Shown one piece after another: positions 30,415-39,431 of a stretch of DNA of 61,593 bases. The stretch is from the IMG/VR virus record IMGVR_UViG_3300022074_000038, positions 1-61,593 of that record, one strand, 5' to 3'. This DNA is from a virus (Duplodnaviria; Caudoviricetes). The position numbers and the translations under genes are program-made. Under the pieces are notes generated by a model. The model had not been told where the DNA came from. It saw nothing but the letters and a program-made list of their open reading frames with translations, and did no database searches. How positions within the stretch are numbered: the stretch's first letter is position 1; each line of letters begins with the position of its first letter.

Positions 30415-30619
30415 GAAAGCAATCTGTGCCTTGTGTGGCGAAGCATACGACCAACGCCGCCGCGAACTTGGCATTAACTTTTGTCTCGACTGCGGTGACA
30501 TCCGCGCCGAGCAACAACGTGCGTCATGGTGCATCGCACCTATCGCGCACAAGCAAGGGGCAACCCTTGTGACAAACCGCAACGACCTCAAAGGTCTAAA
30601 CAAATATGTTGGAGAATAA
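30404..30619 (+). CDS. C4 zinc-finger protein (DksA/TraR-like finger)
   Basis: CALCGEAYDQRRRELGINFCLDC; GGAGAACAAC-ATG RBS. Confidence 0.6.
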   Translation: MARKKAICALCGEAYDQRRRELGINFCLDCGDIRAEQQRASWCIAPIAHKQGATLVTNRNDLKGLNKYVGE

Positions 30620-30621
30620 TC

Positions 30622-31554
30622 ATGGTCATGGTACCCGCACTTGATAATATACAAACAATTAACCGTAGTGAAACACTACACAATGTGCTTGCACCAACGC
30701 TTGCATCGTCTGCAATGCTTATTGAGTTGAACATCTCACATTGGATTGGCAGCAAGAAAGACAAGCGCGCCTCTGATGAAGTCGCGCATAGCAACAACGC
30801 TATCAAAGGTTCTGTACGTGCGATCAAAGATCTACTGCACGACAACGCCGACCTGCGAGCCGTTACACGTCATGTGTCGGCAACTCGTGACATGCATTCT
30901 CACATGACATTGCCGTGGTCAAACTCTGGTTTACGTCTGGTATCGACAGCGCAGTACTTCAAGTACAACCAAGCCATGACCGAGATGCAAAACGAGTTTG
31001 AGCGTCTAGTCTCCGCAGTGCTTACCAATTACAACGATGCCGTGATTGATATGCAGTTGAAGCTTGGGCACTTGTTCTCACATGATGATTACCCCACGCT
31101 CGAAGAGCTGACACGTAAGTTTCGTTTCAAGCTATCGTACATGCCGTTACCTGATTCGGGTGACTTCCGTGTGGATATTGGCAATGAAGCGTTGGCTGAG
31201 ATGAAACAAAAATACGAAGAATTTTACACCGAGCAGTACGAGCGAGCAATGAATGACGTGTGGACACGTCTACACAAGTACCTTCAAAAGATGTCTGAGC
31301 GTCTCGACTACAAAGAACATGAGAAGAAGAAGATCTTTCGTGACACTTTGGTTGGTAACGTCAACGAGATGATCGAACTATTGCGCGGATGCAATGTAAC
31401 AAATTCTGTCCAGATGAGAGCGATGGCTGACAATCTGGAAGAAGCCATGTCGGGTGTAACGCCCGATGCCTTGCGTGAGGACAGTACGTTCCGCGCCGAA
31501 ACCAAAGCAGCGGTGGACAAAGCAATCTCCGCGCTTCCTAGCCTAGATATATAA
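30622..31554 (+). CDS. Conserved phage protein (DUF3150-like), helical
   Basis: Likely start follows GGAGAATAATC; TLPWSNSGLRL, DDYPT, GDFRVDI motifs; precedes the AAA/vWA pair. Confidence 0.6.
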   Translation: MVMVPALDNIQTINRSETLHNVLAPTLASSAMLIELNISHWIGSKKDKRASDEVAHSNNAIKGSVRAIKDLLHDNADLRAVTRHVSATRDMHSHMTLPWSNSGLRLVSTAQYFKYNQAMTEMQNEFERLVSAVLTNYNDAVIDMQLKLGHLFSHDDYPTLEELTRKFRFKLSYMPLPDSGDFRVDIGNEALAEMKQKYEEFYTEQYERAMNDVWTRLHKYLQKMSERLDYKEHEKKKIFRDTLVGNVNEMIELLRGCNVTNSVQMRAMADNLEEAMSGVTPDALREDSTFRAETKAAVDKAISALPSLDI

Positions 31555-31565
31555 TGGAGAAAACT

Positions 31566-31718
31566 ATGGGCATTTTTAACGTAGAAATCAAATCAACCCC
31601 TGACGCCAGAGTGCAAGAAGTACGCACAATAATGAGTGAGCAGTTGGGATTTAACTTAACAAAAGAGCAGGCGGTTGAACGTCTGTGCAATTTGTATCTT
31701 GCAGAAGCTAAGAAGTAG
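31566..31718 (+). CDS. Small hypothetical protein (50 aa)
   Basis: Below the track cutoff; ATGGAGAAAACT-ATG RBS; MGIFNVEIKSTPDARVQEVR...; fills the intergenic gap. Confidence 0.55.
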   Translation: MGIFNVEIKSTPDARVQEVRTIMSEQLGFNLTKEQAVERLCNLYLAEAKK

Positions 31719-31729
31719 GAGAACACAAA

Positions 31730-32824
31730 ATGACTAATCAAGCACAAAATATGTACGCACTACCACTCGACAAATGCGTGGAACTTATCAAGGCAATCGG
31801 TAAAAAGCGTACTGTCTTAATGCAGGGTGATATGGGTAACGGTAAATCATCAACCCTAAAGACGTTGCAGCAAGAACTGCCAACACATATCGGCGTGTAC
31901 TTTGACTGCACTACAAAAGATCTTGGCGATCTGATGATCCCAAACATGAACTCAGTCGAGACTGAGGGCTGTGTGAGGATGGCACCCAACGAAGAACTAG
32001 GTGTGCATTACAACAAACCGATCATCTTGATGGTTGACGAGTTTGGTAAAGCCAATCCTGCTGTCAAGTTGGGCATGTTGCGTCTGATGCTAGAGCGTAA
32101 AATTGGTAGTGTTTCACTACACCCCGACAGCATTATCTTTGCAACGACTAACAAGGGGAGCGAGGGAGTTGGCGACTTGTTGCCACCTCATGCACGTAAC
32201 CGCATAACGGTTGTGCAGGTTCGCAAGACTGACCACATGGAGTTGATTGAGTTTGGTATCAACGATGGTTGGGATCACACGTTGCTTGGTTGGATCAGAG
32301 ACAATCCGCATCTGTTGCAACCATTTGAGGACGTGAAAGATCCTGACGAGAACCCATACATCTTCCATCCAAAATCACAACGTGCGGCGTTCATCACACC
32401 AAGATCTCTACATGCGTCATCTGACATACTGTTGGCCCGGGAACATCTGGATGACCAAACGCTTGTCGCTGCTCTCATGGGTACGATTGGTGATCGCGGT
32501 GCAATGGATCTGATGGCGTTCGTGAAGATCGCCGATCAGCTACCAAGCTTGCAGTCTATCAAGGATGATCCGAAGAACGCTAAAGTACCCGACAGCGCCG
32601 CAGCCATCTGTATGGTTGTGTACAGAACTCTGTCTGCGTTGGAGAAAGAATGGATTAACGCTTGGATGGATTATTTGCCACGACTGAACCCCGAGGCGCA
32701 AGCGATGTTTGCTAACGGTGTTCGTTCAGCGAAGTACAGTAAGCAGTCAATGGTTATGACTAACAAGAAGTTTACAGACTGGGCTATGGAGAACAGTCAT
32801 CTGTACACAGCGGATAAAGTATAA
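31730..32824 (+). CDS. AAA+ ATPase (MoxR-like)
   Basis: Walker A GDMGNGKS, Walker B ILMVDEF, ATTN sensor, RNR finger, TPRS. Confidence 0.85.
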   Translation: MTNQAQNMYALPLDKCVELIKAIGKKRTVLMQGDMGNGKSSTLKTLQQELPTHIGVYFDCTTKDLGDLMIPNMNSVETEGCVRMAPNEELGVHYNKPIILMVDEFGKANPAVKLGMLRLMLERKIGSVSLHPDSIIFATTNKGSEGVGDLLPPHARNRITVVQVRKTDHMELIEFGINDGWDHTLLGWIRDNPHLLQPFEDVKDPDENPYIFHPKSQRAAFITPRSLHASSDILLAREHLDDQTLVAALMGTIGDRGAMDLMAFVKIADQLPSLQSIKDDPKNAKVPDSAAAICMVVYRTLSALEKEWINAWMDYLPRLNPEAQAMFANGVRSAKYSKQSMVMTNKKFTDWAMENSHLYTADKV

Positions 32825-32836
32825 GGAGAATAACTA

Positions 32837-34096
32837 ATGTTTATGCAAAATCTAACAGAGGAGCAACGACTGGACAAAGCGGTCGTTGCTATTATGGGCC
32901 ACAAAAAATACGTGGCTCTAGCACCAGTGCTTATGGTTGGTAAGCGCATTATTGTAGACGATCCTAGTGTGCCCACCGCATGTACTAATGGACGTGACGA
33001 GTGGTATGGACGTGAGTTTGTTAAGAAGCTTAACGACGCAGAACTACGTTTTCTTGTGCTTCACGAGGTGTGGCACAAGTTGTACAAACATCTTATCATA
33101 TGGCTTCATCTGTACGAAGAAAATCCATTTCTCGCAAACTGTGCAAATGACTTTGTGAGTAACCTTCAGATTGTTGACGAAAACCAAGATGGGTTTGCGA
33201 CTATGACAGGTGAGTTGGAGAAGGGTTGTTACGACGAGAAATATCGTGGCATGGACAGCGCACAGGTCTACAACTTGTTGTGTCAAGACTTACCAACCCC
33301 ACCTCCGCCGCCGCGTGGAATACCTAACGACAGCGGTGAAGATGGCGCAGGCGCTAATCAAGGTAGTGAAACACTACCAAACGGACAGTCACCATTTGAC
33401 ACTCACGACTGGGAAGGAGCGAAGGAATTAACGCCTGAAGAAAAACGTGCATTGGGGCGCGAACTTGACGAGGCAATTCGTCAAGGCGCACTAATTGCGG
33501 GTAAGATGGGTAGCGGCGGTGCGCGTGATTTCAGCGAATTGTTGGAAGCACAAGTTGATTGGCGCGAAGCGTTACGCGATTTTATATCTGATACATGCAC
33601 AGGCAAAGACTATAGTACATACCGCAAGCCTAATCGTAGGTTCCTGTCACTAGGTATCTACATGCCAAGCGGCGTCACCGAAACTGTTGGAGAACTGGTG
33701 TTAGCTGTTGATACGTCTGGTTCGATTGGGCAGCGTGAGATTACGCAATTTCTATCTGAAATAAAATCTATCTGCGACACGGTACAACCTGACGGGGTGA
33801 GGCTTCTTTATTGGGACACAAAGATATGTCGTGACGAGAAGTACGATAAAGAAGATTTGAAAACTATCGTGGAGTCAACCAAACCAGAAGGTGGCGGGGG
33901 CACAAATGTTAGATGTGTCACCGAGTACATTCGTGACGAAGCTATCAACGCGCAGGCATGTATCGTTCTAACCGATGGTGATTTGTATAACGGTTGGGGC
34001 GAGTGGAGTATGCCTGTGCTTTGGTGCGTCATGGACAACAGCAGCAAGACCGCAGACGTAGGTAAAACAATTCACATTAACTCAAGGGATATGTAA
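32837..34096 (+). CDS. Metallopeptidase-like + vWA domain protein (DUF2201-type)
   Basis: TACTNG, HEVWH (HExxH), MIDAS motif VDTSGS, GGGGT, LTDG. Confidence 0.8.
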   Translation: MFMQNLTEEQRLDKAVVAIMGHKKYVALAPVLMVGKRIIVDDPSVPTACTNGRDEWYGREFVKKLNDAELRFLVLHEVWHKLYKHLIIWLHLYEENPFLANCANDFVSNLQIVDENQDGFATMTGELEKGCYDEKYRGMDSAQVYNLLCQDLPTPPPPPRGIPNDSGEDGAGANQGSETLPNGQSPFDTHDWEGAKELTPEEKRALGRELDEAIRQGALIAGKMGSGGARDFSELLEAQVDWREALRDFISDTCTGKDYSTYRKPNRRFLSLGIYMPSGVTETVGELVLAVDTSGSIGQREITQFLSEIKSICDTVQPDGVRLLYWDTKICRDEKYDKEDLKTIVESTKPEGGGGTNVRCVTEYIRDEAINAQACIVLTDGDLYNGWGEWSMPVLWCVMDNSSKTADVGKTIHINSRDM

Positions 34097-34461
34097 TGCA
34101 GATAGTAATCAATATTAACGGGGGCGCGGTGGATGTACTGCCGCAACCCAAACAAACCGACCCGACACTTTACACGTTTCGGGATGATATGAACGTGAAA
34201 CTAGCTATGGAGGAACTCGCCAACCTCTACATTGATGAAGCAATGCGTCAGGTAGGTACAGGTCACGGTTGTAAGACAGCCGCTGCTAAACTGTTGGGAT
34301 TTAACTCGTATCAAGCTTTTGTATATTGGGTAAAGCGCAGAGAGAACTCGTCAAGTGATAGTACTGTCGGACCTGTCGGACCTGTCGGTCCTGTACCACC
34401 AACTGTGGACGATGTTCGGCCTTCGAAAGATCGGATGCCATACCAGATGGACGGTGTATGA
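34096..34461 (+). CDS. Fis-like HTH protein with a collagen-gene-like insert
   Basis: AMRQVG.G..KTAAAKLLGF HTH-like segment; [11 protein letters not shown] near the C-terminus. Confidence 0.55.
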   Translation: MQIVININGGAVDVLPQPKQTDPTLYTFRDDMNVKLAMEELANLYIDEAMRQVGTGHGCKTAAAKLLGFNSYQAFVYWVKRRENSSSDSTVGPVGPVGPVPPTVDDVRPSKDRMPYQMDGV

Positions 34462-34646
34462 TGAGCAATATTTTTGTAGATAACCCGTTCATCCGCTGCC
34501 CCGAATGTAAAGGCGTAGGTAAAGAAATCGCTGAGCGCAACGTGATGATGAGTAAGGACAACCCATACGGTTACAAAGAGGAGTATGAGCGTGATTGTCG
34601 TAACTGCGATGGGCTTGGCGAAATCGAAAGGGATTATGATGATTGA
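34458..34646 (+). CDS. Small zinc-finger protein (DnaJ-type CxxCxGxG)
   Basis: CPECKGVG and CRNCDGLG. Confidence 0.65.
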   Translation: MMSNIFVDNPFIRCPECKGVGKEIAERNVMMSKDNPYGYKEEYERDCRNCDGLGEIERDYDD

Positions 34647-34881
34647 ATTTTTTACAGCTTTGATCTTGCACTACGAGTTGCAGGGTAAAGAAGTTGAGGC
34701 AGTGGTGTGGTTTGAAACCGAAGCCGACTGCCGAGCGGTGATGCAAAACGGTATTGCAGCACCATTGTACGACGAGTTGTACGACTTGTACGGCAATAAC
34801 ATAATGATGTTCTGCGAAGTATCGGAGGGCGTCTCAAATATAATCAGGCCGAAAACACGGCCAACACAGGAGAATAACTAA
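34636..34881 (+). CDS. Small hypothetical protein
   Basis: Likely start MMIEFFTALIL (hydrophobic N-terminus); FETEADC...FC. Confidence 0.55.
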   Translation: MMIEFFTALILHYELQGKEVEAVVWFETEADCRAVMQNGIAAPLYDELYDLYGNNIMMFCEVSEGVSNIIRPKTRPTQENN

Positions 34882-35879
34882 TGGCACTTACATACTCAGC
34901 ATTCCAAACTTTTGCAGAGGTGGAGCATCACTACAATGCTGTCAAACCTTTGATATCGAAATGCCACACCAAAGCGGAAGATATCCGACCCATCGGGGAT
35001 CGTAAGCGTAAGTGGGAGCGCATCGTTAAACTCAGCGATTACTGCTATGCGCTTCTTGACGGGTATTGCTTTGGCGACCCCGTGTTCAAAACGTGGGGAA
35101 CCGACAGAACCGTTACCAAAGCGGATACCGAATTTTATGCGGCTGTTGTGTGGCGCAAGCACCGTGACGGAACCACAAGCGTTAAGATACGCAACGGTAC
35201 AGGGCCGTGGAACCATGTCAGTAGGTATCAGTTCCTATTACGTCACCGACCGAGAGGTATGTACTTCCTAGTGTACAACGGGAAGCAGTATATCAGTCTG
35301 ACCAGTAATTACGGGGATAACGATAGACATTTCCTAGCCAAAGGCAGAACCGTGCCAAAAGATATAAAACCCCATTGGAAAGATTTTACGCACCGCAAAG
35401 ACAACACGGCGTTAGCCTTCAATCTAACTCCTGACGGGAAGTGGCTGCGTGATCCAGAAACAGGCGAGGATCTGCCGATACCGCCGCGTGTCAACAAGGC
35501 GTTGAAAGCCAAGTTCAAGGAGCCGCTGAGAGAGTTCTTTGAGTGGGGTATGACGATCGCAAACATGCTACCGCTTACAGATAACGACTACACCCGAAAG
35601 ATGCGCACCGAGGCGTATGAATATTATTCAACACCAGAGAACATCGGGTACATACGATCCAGAGATACCTACAATGTGAAGAATTGTAGGAGTATAATTA
35701 CAGACCCCAAACACCCGCTGCGCCTGCATCTGTTTGTAGAGTTCGCGGAAACTACGAGTGAGGGTTGGTGGCAAAACTGTACTTACAAAGTGCAAAAAGT
35801 AGAGACGAAGGAGGATCTGTCAGCAATACGAAACAAATACAATAACTGGGTGAACAAGCACCTTGGTTTCAAATCATAA
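34881..35879 (+). CDS. Hypothetical protein
   Basis: 332 aa ORF with AGGAGAATAACTA-ATG RBS. Confidence 0.75.
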   Translation: MALTYSAFQTFAEVEHHYNAVKPLISKCHTKAEDIRPIGDRKRKWERIVKLSDYCYALLDGYCFGDPVFKTWGTDRTVTKADTEFYAAVVWRKHRDGTTSVKIRNGTGPWNHVSRYQFLLRHRPRGMYFLVYNGKQYISLTSNYGDNDRHFLAKGRTVPKDIKPHWKDFTHRKDNTALAFNLTPDGKWLRDPETGEDLPIPPRVNKALKAKFKEPLREFFEWGMTIANMLPLTDNDYTRKMRTEAYEYYSTPENIGYIRSRDTYNVKNCRSIITDPKHPLRLHLFVEFAETTSEGWWQNCTYKVQKVETKEDLSAIRNKYNNWVNKHLGFKS

Positions 35880-35900
35880 TATAAAAATGGAGAATGACTA

Positions 35901-36800
35901 ATGAGTATTTATGTAAATTTACTAACAGTGAGCCAAGCTAAGGAAGAAGGTTCAAAGTACCCCCAACAGTACCACGATGACAAGCTACTACTCTTTGCGA
36001 AAGAACTAAAACTTGTGATGAAAAGTTATCAGACAGTTTCACGTAATGCTGAAACTATGTGGGTGTTTCGTGAGGGCGACAGCTTTTGTATGGGGTATAT
36101 TGGTTTCGGTAACTTTATGGACAAAGGTGATGGGGTAAACAGGTACGCAATATTTTCGCCACATATTGAAAATTGTAAGTACGCTTCTGGTCGTCGGCAA
36201 AACATGAAGTTATCTATAAACCTAAAGCAAGCGGTAAAAGCCTGCTCCGCGCTTAGACCATTAAACGTGGAGCATGTCATGCGGATAACAGGTAGTAACT
36301 GTGCGCGACAGCGGCGTAAGTTTGTCTCTGAAGCTAGAGACGTTGTGGTAACTGACAAAAGGAAAATGATAGACAAACTTTTTACCTTAGATGCAGACAT
36401 TCTACGCCCAAATGAAATACAAGAAGAACTACGACACCTAGTTGATACCGGACACACGTTTCTAAACCCAACACTGGGAGAGAAGTTGTCGAGTATGTTT
36501 GCAAACATTAGCGAGGTGAGGGCAACATCTAAGGCTGAAGCACAGCCCATGCTGTTCGTTGAAGCTATTAGTACCTTTGGTAAACCTAAATACCGTGTGG
36601 CAGAAGGTGTAAATGTAGATCACCTGACTACTTCTTGGGAATATAAAGAAAATTATGAAGTAAAGGTATATTCTCAAGAGGATATCCCCGAAGAAATATC
36701 TGGCAAGATGGCGGTTCTGTCAATGGTGGAACAAGGTCGGTACGTTGCGGGTGTTGGCTATCGCGCTACTGAAACCATATTTTTTCTTAAAAGTGTTTGA
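35901..36800 (+). CDS. Hypothetical protein
   Basis: 299 aa ORF with a GGAGAA RBS. Confidence 0.75.
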   Translation: MSIYVNLLTVSQAKEEGSKYPQQYHDDKLLLFAKELKLVMKSYQTVSRNAETMWVFREGDSFCMGYIGFGNFMDKGDGVNRYAIFSPHIENCKYASGRRQNMKLSINLKQAVKACSALRPLNVEHVMRITGSNCARQRRKFVSEARDVVVTDKRKMIDKLFTLDADILRPNEIQEELRHLVDTGHTFLNPTLGEKLSSMFANISEVRATSKAEAQPMLFVEAISTFGKPKYRVAEGVNVDHLTTSWEYKENYEVKVYSQEDIPEEISGKMAVLSMVEQGRYVAGVGYRATETIFFLKSV

Positions 36801-36806
36801 CACTAC

Positions 36807-37064
36807 GTGAGTGTATGTGATAACAAGACTTATCGCGTTCTACTACATCCTAATACAGGAAAAGTAGAAATAACATGTTTTGGCCTAGAAGCTATTGACG
36901 CGGCAGCATTAGGTGACTATATAAACATGTGTGACACACCCGAGTGGGTACAACGAAAGGTAGCTGTACTAACTATGACTAGCGATAAACCACCGACTGA
37001 GACAGTCAAAGGTGTTGGTCGGCGTATAGATACAAATACTTTTTGGTTATTCCACGAAAGGTAG
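36807..37064 (+). CDS. Hypothetical protein
   Basis: 85 aa; PEWVQRKVAVLTM...VKGVG resembles the C-terminus of the upstream protein (PEEISGKMAVLSM...VAGVG). Confidence 0.6.
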   Translation: MSVCDNKTYRVLLHPNTGKVEITCFGLEAIDAAALGDYINMCDTPEWVQRKVAVLTMTSDKPPTETVKGVGRRIDTNTFWLFHER

Positions 37065-37127
37065 TGTTTCACTACCATTGCGGGGGCGGGAGATCGCCCT
37101 CGTCGATGCCAGTTCTTAGGGGGGTTT

Positions 37128-37412
37128 ATGACACCGGAAGCCAAGGTAAAGAAAAAAGTAGTAAGTATCCTGAAGGAAGTGGGTGCGTATTATTTTTATC
37201 CTGTCACAGGTGGATACGGACGTAGTGGTGTTCCCGATATAATCGTTTGTCACAAAGGTAAGTTTGTAGGGATTGAATGCAAAGCGGGGAAAAATAAACC
37301 CACTGCATTACAGCAAAAGAACCTACACGATATCATAGAGGCAGGTGGTATAGCACTGGTTATCAATGAAGAAAGTATGAGCCTCATAGAGGCGATTTTT
37401 AAAAAACTCTAA
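37128..37412 (+). CDS. VRR-NUC domain nuclease / resolvase
   Basis: TPEAKVK, GVPDII, IECKAG..KPTALQ, GGIALV. Confidence 0.85.
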   Translation: MTPEAKVKKKVVSILKEVGAYYFYPVTGGYGRSGVPDIIVCHKGKFVGIECKAGKNKPTALQQKNLHDIIEAGGIALVINEESMSLIEAIFKKL

Positions 37413-37428
37413 ATGGAGAATAGCAAAC

Positions 37429-38265
37429 ATGGCTATCACAGAAAAGAAAATAGTAGAACCCTCTGCACAAACACTGCAAATCAGTCAGTTTAAAAAAGGG
37501 CGTGTTCGTTTACGGATGGTTGGTACAACGCCGTTGTACTTTAACAGCATGAGTGCAAAGACAATGAGAGATCTTGCTGCGCCTAAAGAAAAAATAAAAG
37601 GGAAGAAAAGCACAGGAATGAAGCACGATCCTGTTAAAGAGTTTTATGATTCCGCGTACAAAAAAGATTTTGGGGAGACAATGTTGTGTTTCCCTGCACC
37701 GGGGGTTAAAGCAGCTATGGCTACAGCGGCCCTAGAAACGGAGAACGTATCTAAAGCATCCGTGCAGCGTTTGATTTTTATGCCGCAAACTCATATTCAA
37801 ATTTGGGGTAAGCCACAATTAAAAACTGACATTGTTCGCACGGCAGATATTAAACGTACCCCAGATGTGAGGACACGTTGTTATTTACCGCGTTGGTGTG
37901 CGGAAGTTGATATCGCTTATGTCCAACCGACTTTAAGTGCTTATGGTATTGTTTCATTACTCAGCAATGCAGGCGCAATTATTGGCATTGGCGATTTTCG
38001 ACAAGAGAAAGGTCGCGGTTCATACGGCACGTTTGTTGTAGGTACAATGGACGAAGACGGCCATGATGATTGGACTGATCTTATGCCAGACGGTAGCTCT
38101 CCACAAAAAGTTTGGCAAGAGTTGATGTCTGAGGGGCGTGAGGTCCAACAGGCGGCTATGAGCAACCCTGAATATGCTGACGAAGTTACAGCGGATCTAG
38201 TTGAGTACGTTAAATCTGAGATGGATCGTAGGTTTGATCCAGACGTTCAGATAGCCGCAGAATAA
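37429..38265 (+). CDS. Stand-alone RAMP / Cas7-like RNA-binding protein (putative effector of the adjacent GGY-NN array)
   Basis: RAMP hallmarks: beta1 LRMVGTTPLYF, FPAPGVKAAM (compare PgSslKG), C-terminal Gly-rich loop GIGDFRQEKGRGSYGTF. Confidence 0.7.
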   Translation: MAITEKKIVEPSAQTLQISQFKKGRVRLRMVGTTPLYFNSMSAKTMRDLAAPKEKIKGKKSTGMKHDPVKEFYDSAYKKDFGETMLCFPAPGVKAAMATAALETENVSKASVQRLIFMPQTHIQIWGKPQLKTDIVRTADIKRTPDVRTRCYLPRWCAEVDIAYVQPTLSAYGIVSLLSNAGAIIGIGDFRQEKGRGSYGTFVVGTMDEDGHDDWTDLMPDGSSPQKVWQELMSEGREVQQAAMSNPEYADEVTADLVEYVKSEMDRRFDPDVQIAAE

Positions 38266-38289
38266 GCAAGCAGCGGTATCACTTTATTT

Positions 38290-38889
38290 GGTCGGGGTCC
38301 GGTACGATATGGTTGGGCGTGGAGAGTTACGGTGCGGCAAGGCGGTCGAGGCGCGGTATGGAGAGGTACGTTTCGTTCAGGTGGGGCGCGTTCAGGCGGT
38401 CGTGGTTCGGGTCGGTTTGGTCGGGTCGGGTGTGGTCAGTCAAGGCGGTCGAGGCGTGTTAGGTTGAGGCCTGTCTGGGTCCGTTTAGGTCCGGTCTGGC
38501 GGTCGAGGCGCGGTGAGTTGGGTTAAGGCACGGACGGGCGTGGCACGGCGGTCATGGTGTGGCATAGCAAGGCGAGGTTAGGCAACGGTTTGGCTAGGCG
38601 GTCTAGGCGCGGCGCGCTCGGCGCGGTTTGGTTTGGTCTGGATGGCTTGTTTGGATGCGGCAGGGCGGTCAAGTTAAGGCTTGTTGGGTCGAGGTGGCGA
38701 ACGGCGGGTTGCGGCAAGGCGGTCGGGGAACGGTTCGGTGAGGCATGGTAGCCGAGGTGAGGCTGGGTGAGTTTGGGTGTGGTTTTGGCAAGGCGGTCAC
38801 GGCACGGCTAGGTGCGGTCAGTTTAGGCGCGGTGGGGTTAGGCGGTTATGGCACGTCCCGATGCGGCGGGGCACGGTCGGGCTAGGCAC
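38290..38889 (+). ncRNA. GGY-NN pentamer array segmented by GGCGGTY anchors; putative guide-RNA array
   Basis: Anchors at 38341, 38395, 38444, 38498, 38547, 38597, 38664, 38718, 38792 and 38841; 7 of the 9 spacings equal 9+5n; no credible ORF. Confidence 0.75.
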
Positions 38890-38916
38890 TAGAATATAAT
38901 TTGGATTGGAGAAGAT

Positions 38917-39411
38917 ATGAATTTTAAGAAGAGTGATAAGCAAAGGCTTATAAATGAATATGCATCAGAAACGGGTAAGAATACCTTAGATGTTGCAGAC
39001 ATACGTGTTTGGTTAAAAGAAAAACCTAATCACGAATTTTACGAGTATGTCTTTGGTGCTTCTGATGATAAGAAGATTGAAGAATACGAGAAAGATCGTA
39101 TCTCAGGGTTAATTCGTGGTTTACGTATAACTGTAAAACATGAAGTGACAAAAGATGTTAAAGTTAGGATTAAAGTAGCAGATTACCCTGCTTACATTAG
39201 CCCTATGAAAGATAGGAAGCAGGGGGGCGGGTACGTACCCTTTGATCCTAATAGTGAGACTTCTCAACAGGAGTTAAGATTACAGGCAGCGCAGGCTATG
39301 GCTGCATGGATTTCACGTTATCGTGGGTGTGTTGAACACTCCGGTTACGACATTACTCCAATGGAAGAACTCGTTCATAAATTACGTGGCTTAGATGAAG
39401 AAGCCGCTTAA
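38917..39411 (+). CDS. Hypothetical protein, putative accessory of the RAMP-array locus
   Basis: 164 aa, starting 28 nt after the array; GGAGAAGAT-ATG RBS. Confidence 0.7.
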   Translation: MNFKKSDKQRLINEYASETGKNTLDVADIRVWLKEKPNHEFYEYVFGASDDKKIEEYEKDRISGLIRGLRITVKHEVTKDVKVRIKVADYPAYISPMKDRKQGGGYVPFDPNSETSQQELRLQAAQAMAAWISRYRGCVEHSGYDITPMEELVHKLRGLDEEAA

Positions 39412-39431
39412 ACCCTAAAGTTTAAAGGAGA

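Noticed and set aside
38332-38751. Arg/Gly-rich ORFs 38332..38526, 38554..38751 and 38523..38717
   Set aside because: By-products of the G-rich, stop-poor array; no RBS, and the 5-nt period is incompatible with codon structure.
38290-38889. Canonical CRISPR array or simple satellite
   Set aside because: The constant element is only 7 nt and the intervening sequence is itself patterned; there are no 23-47 bp repeats or cas1/cas2; the units are not copies of each other.
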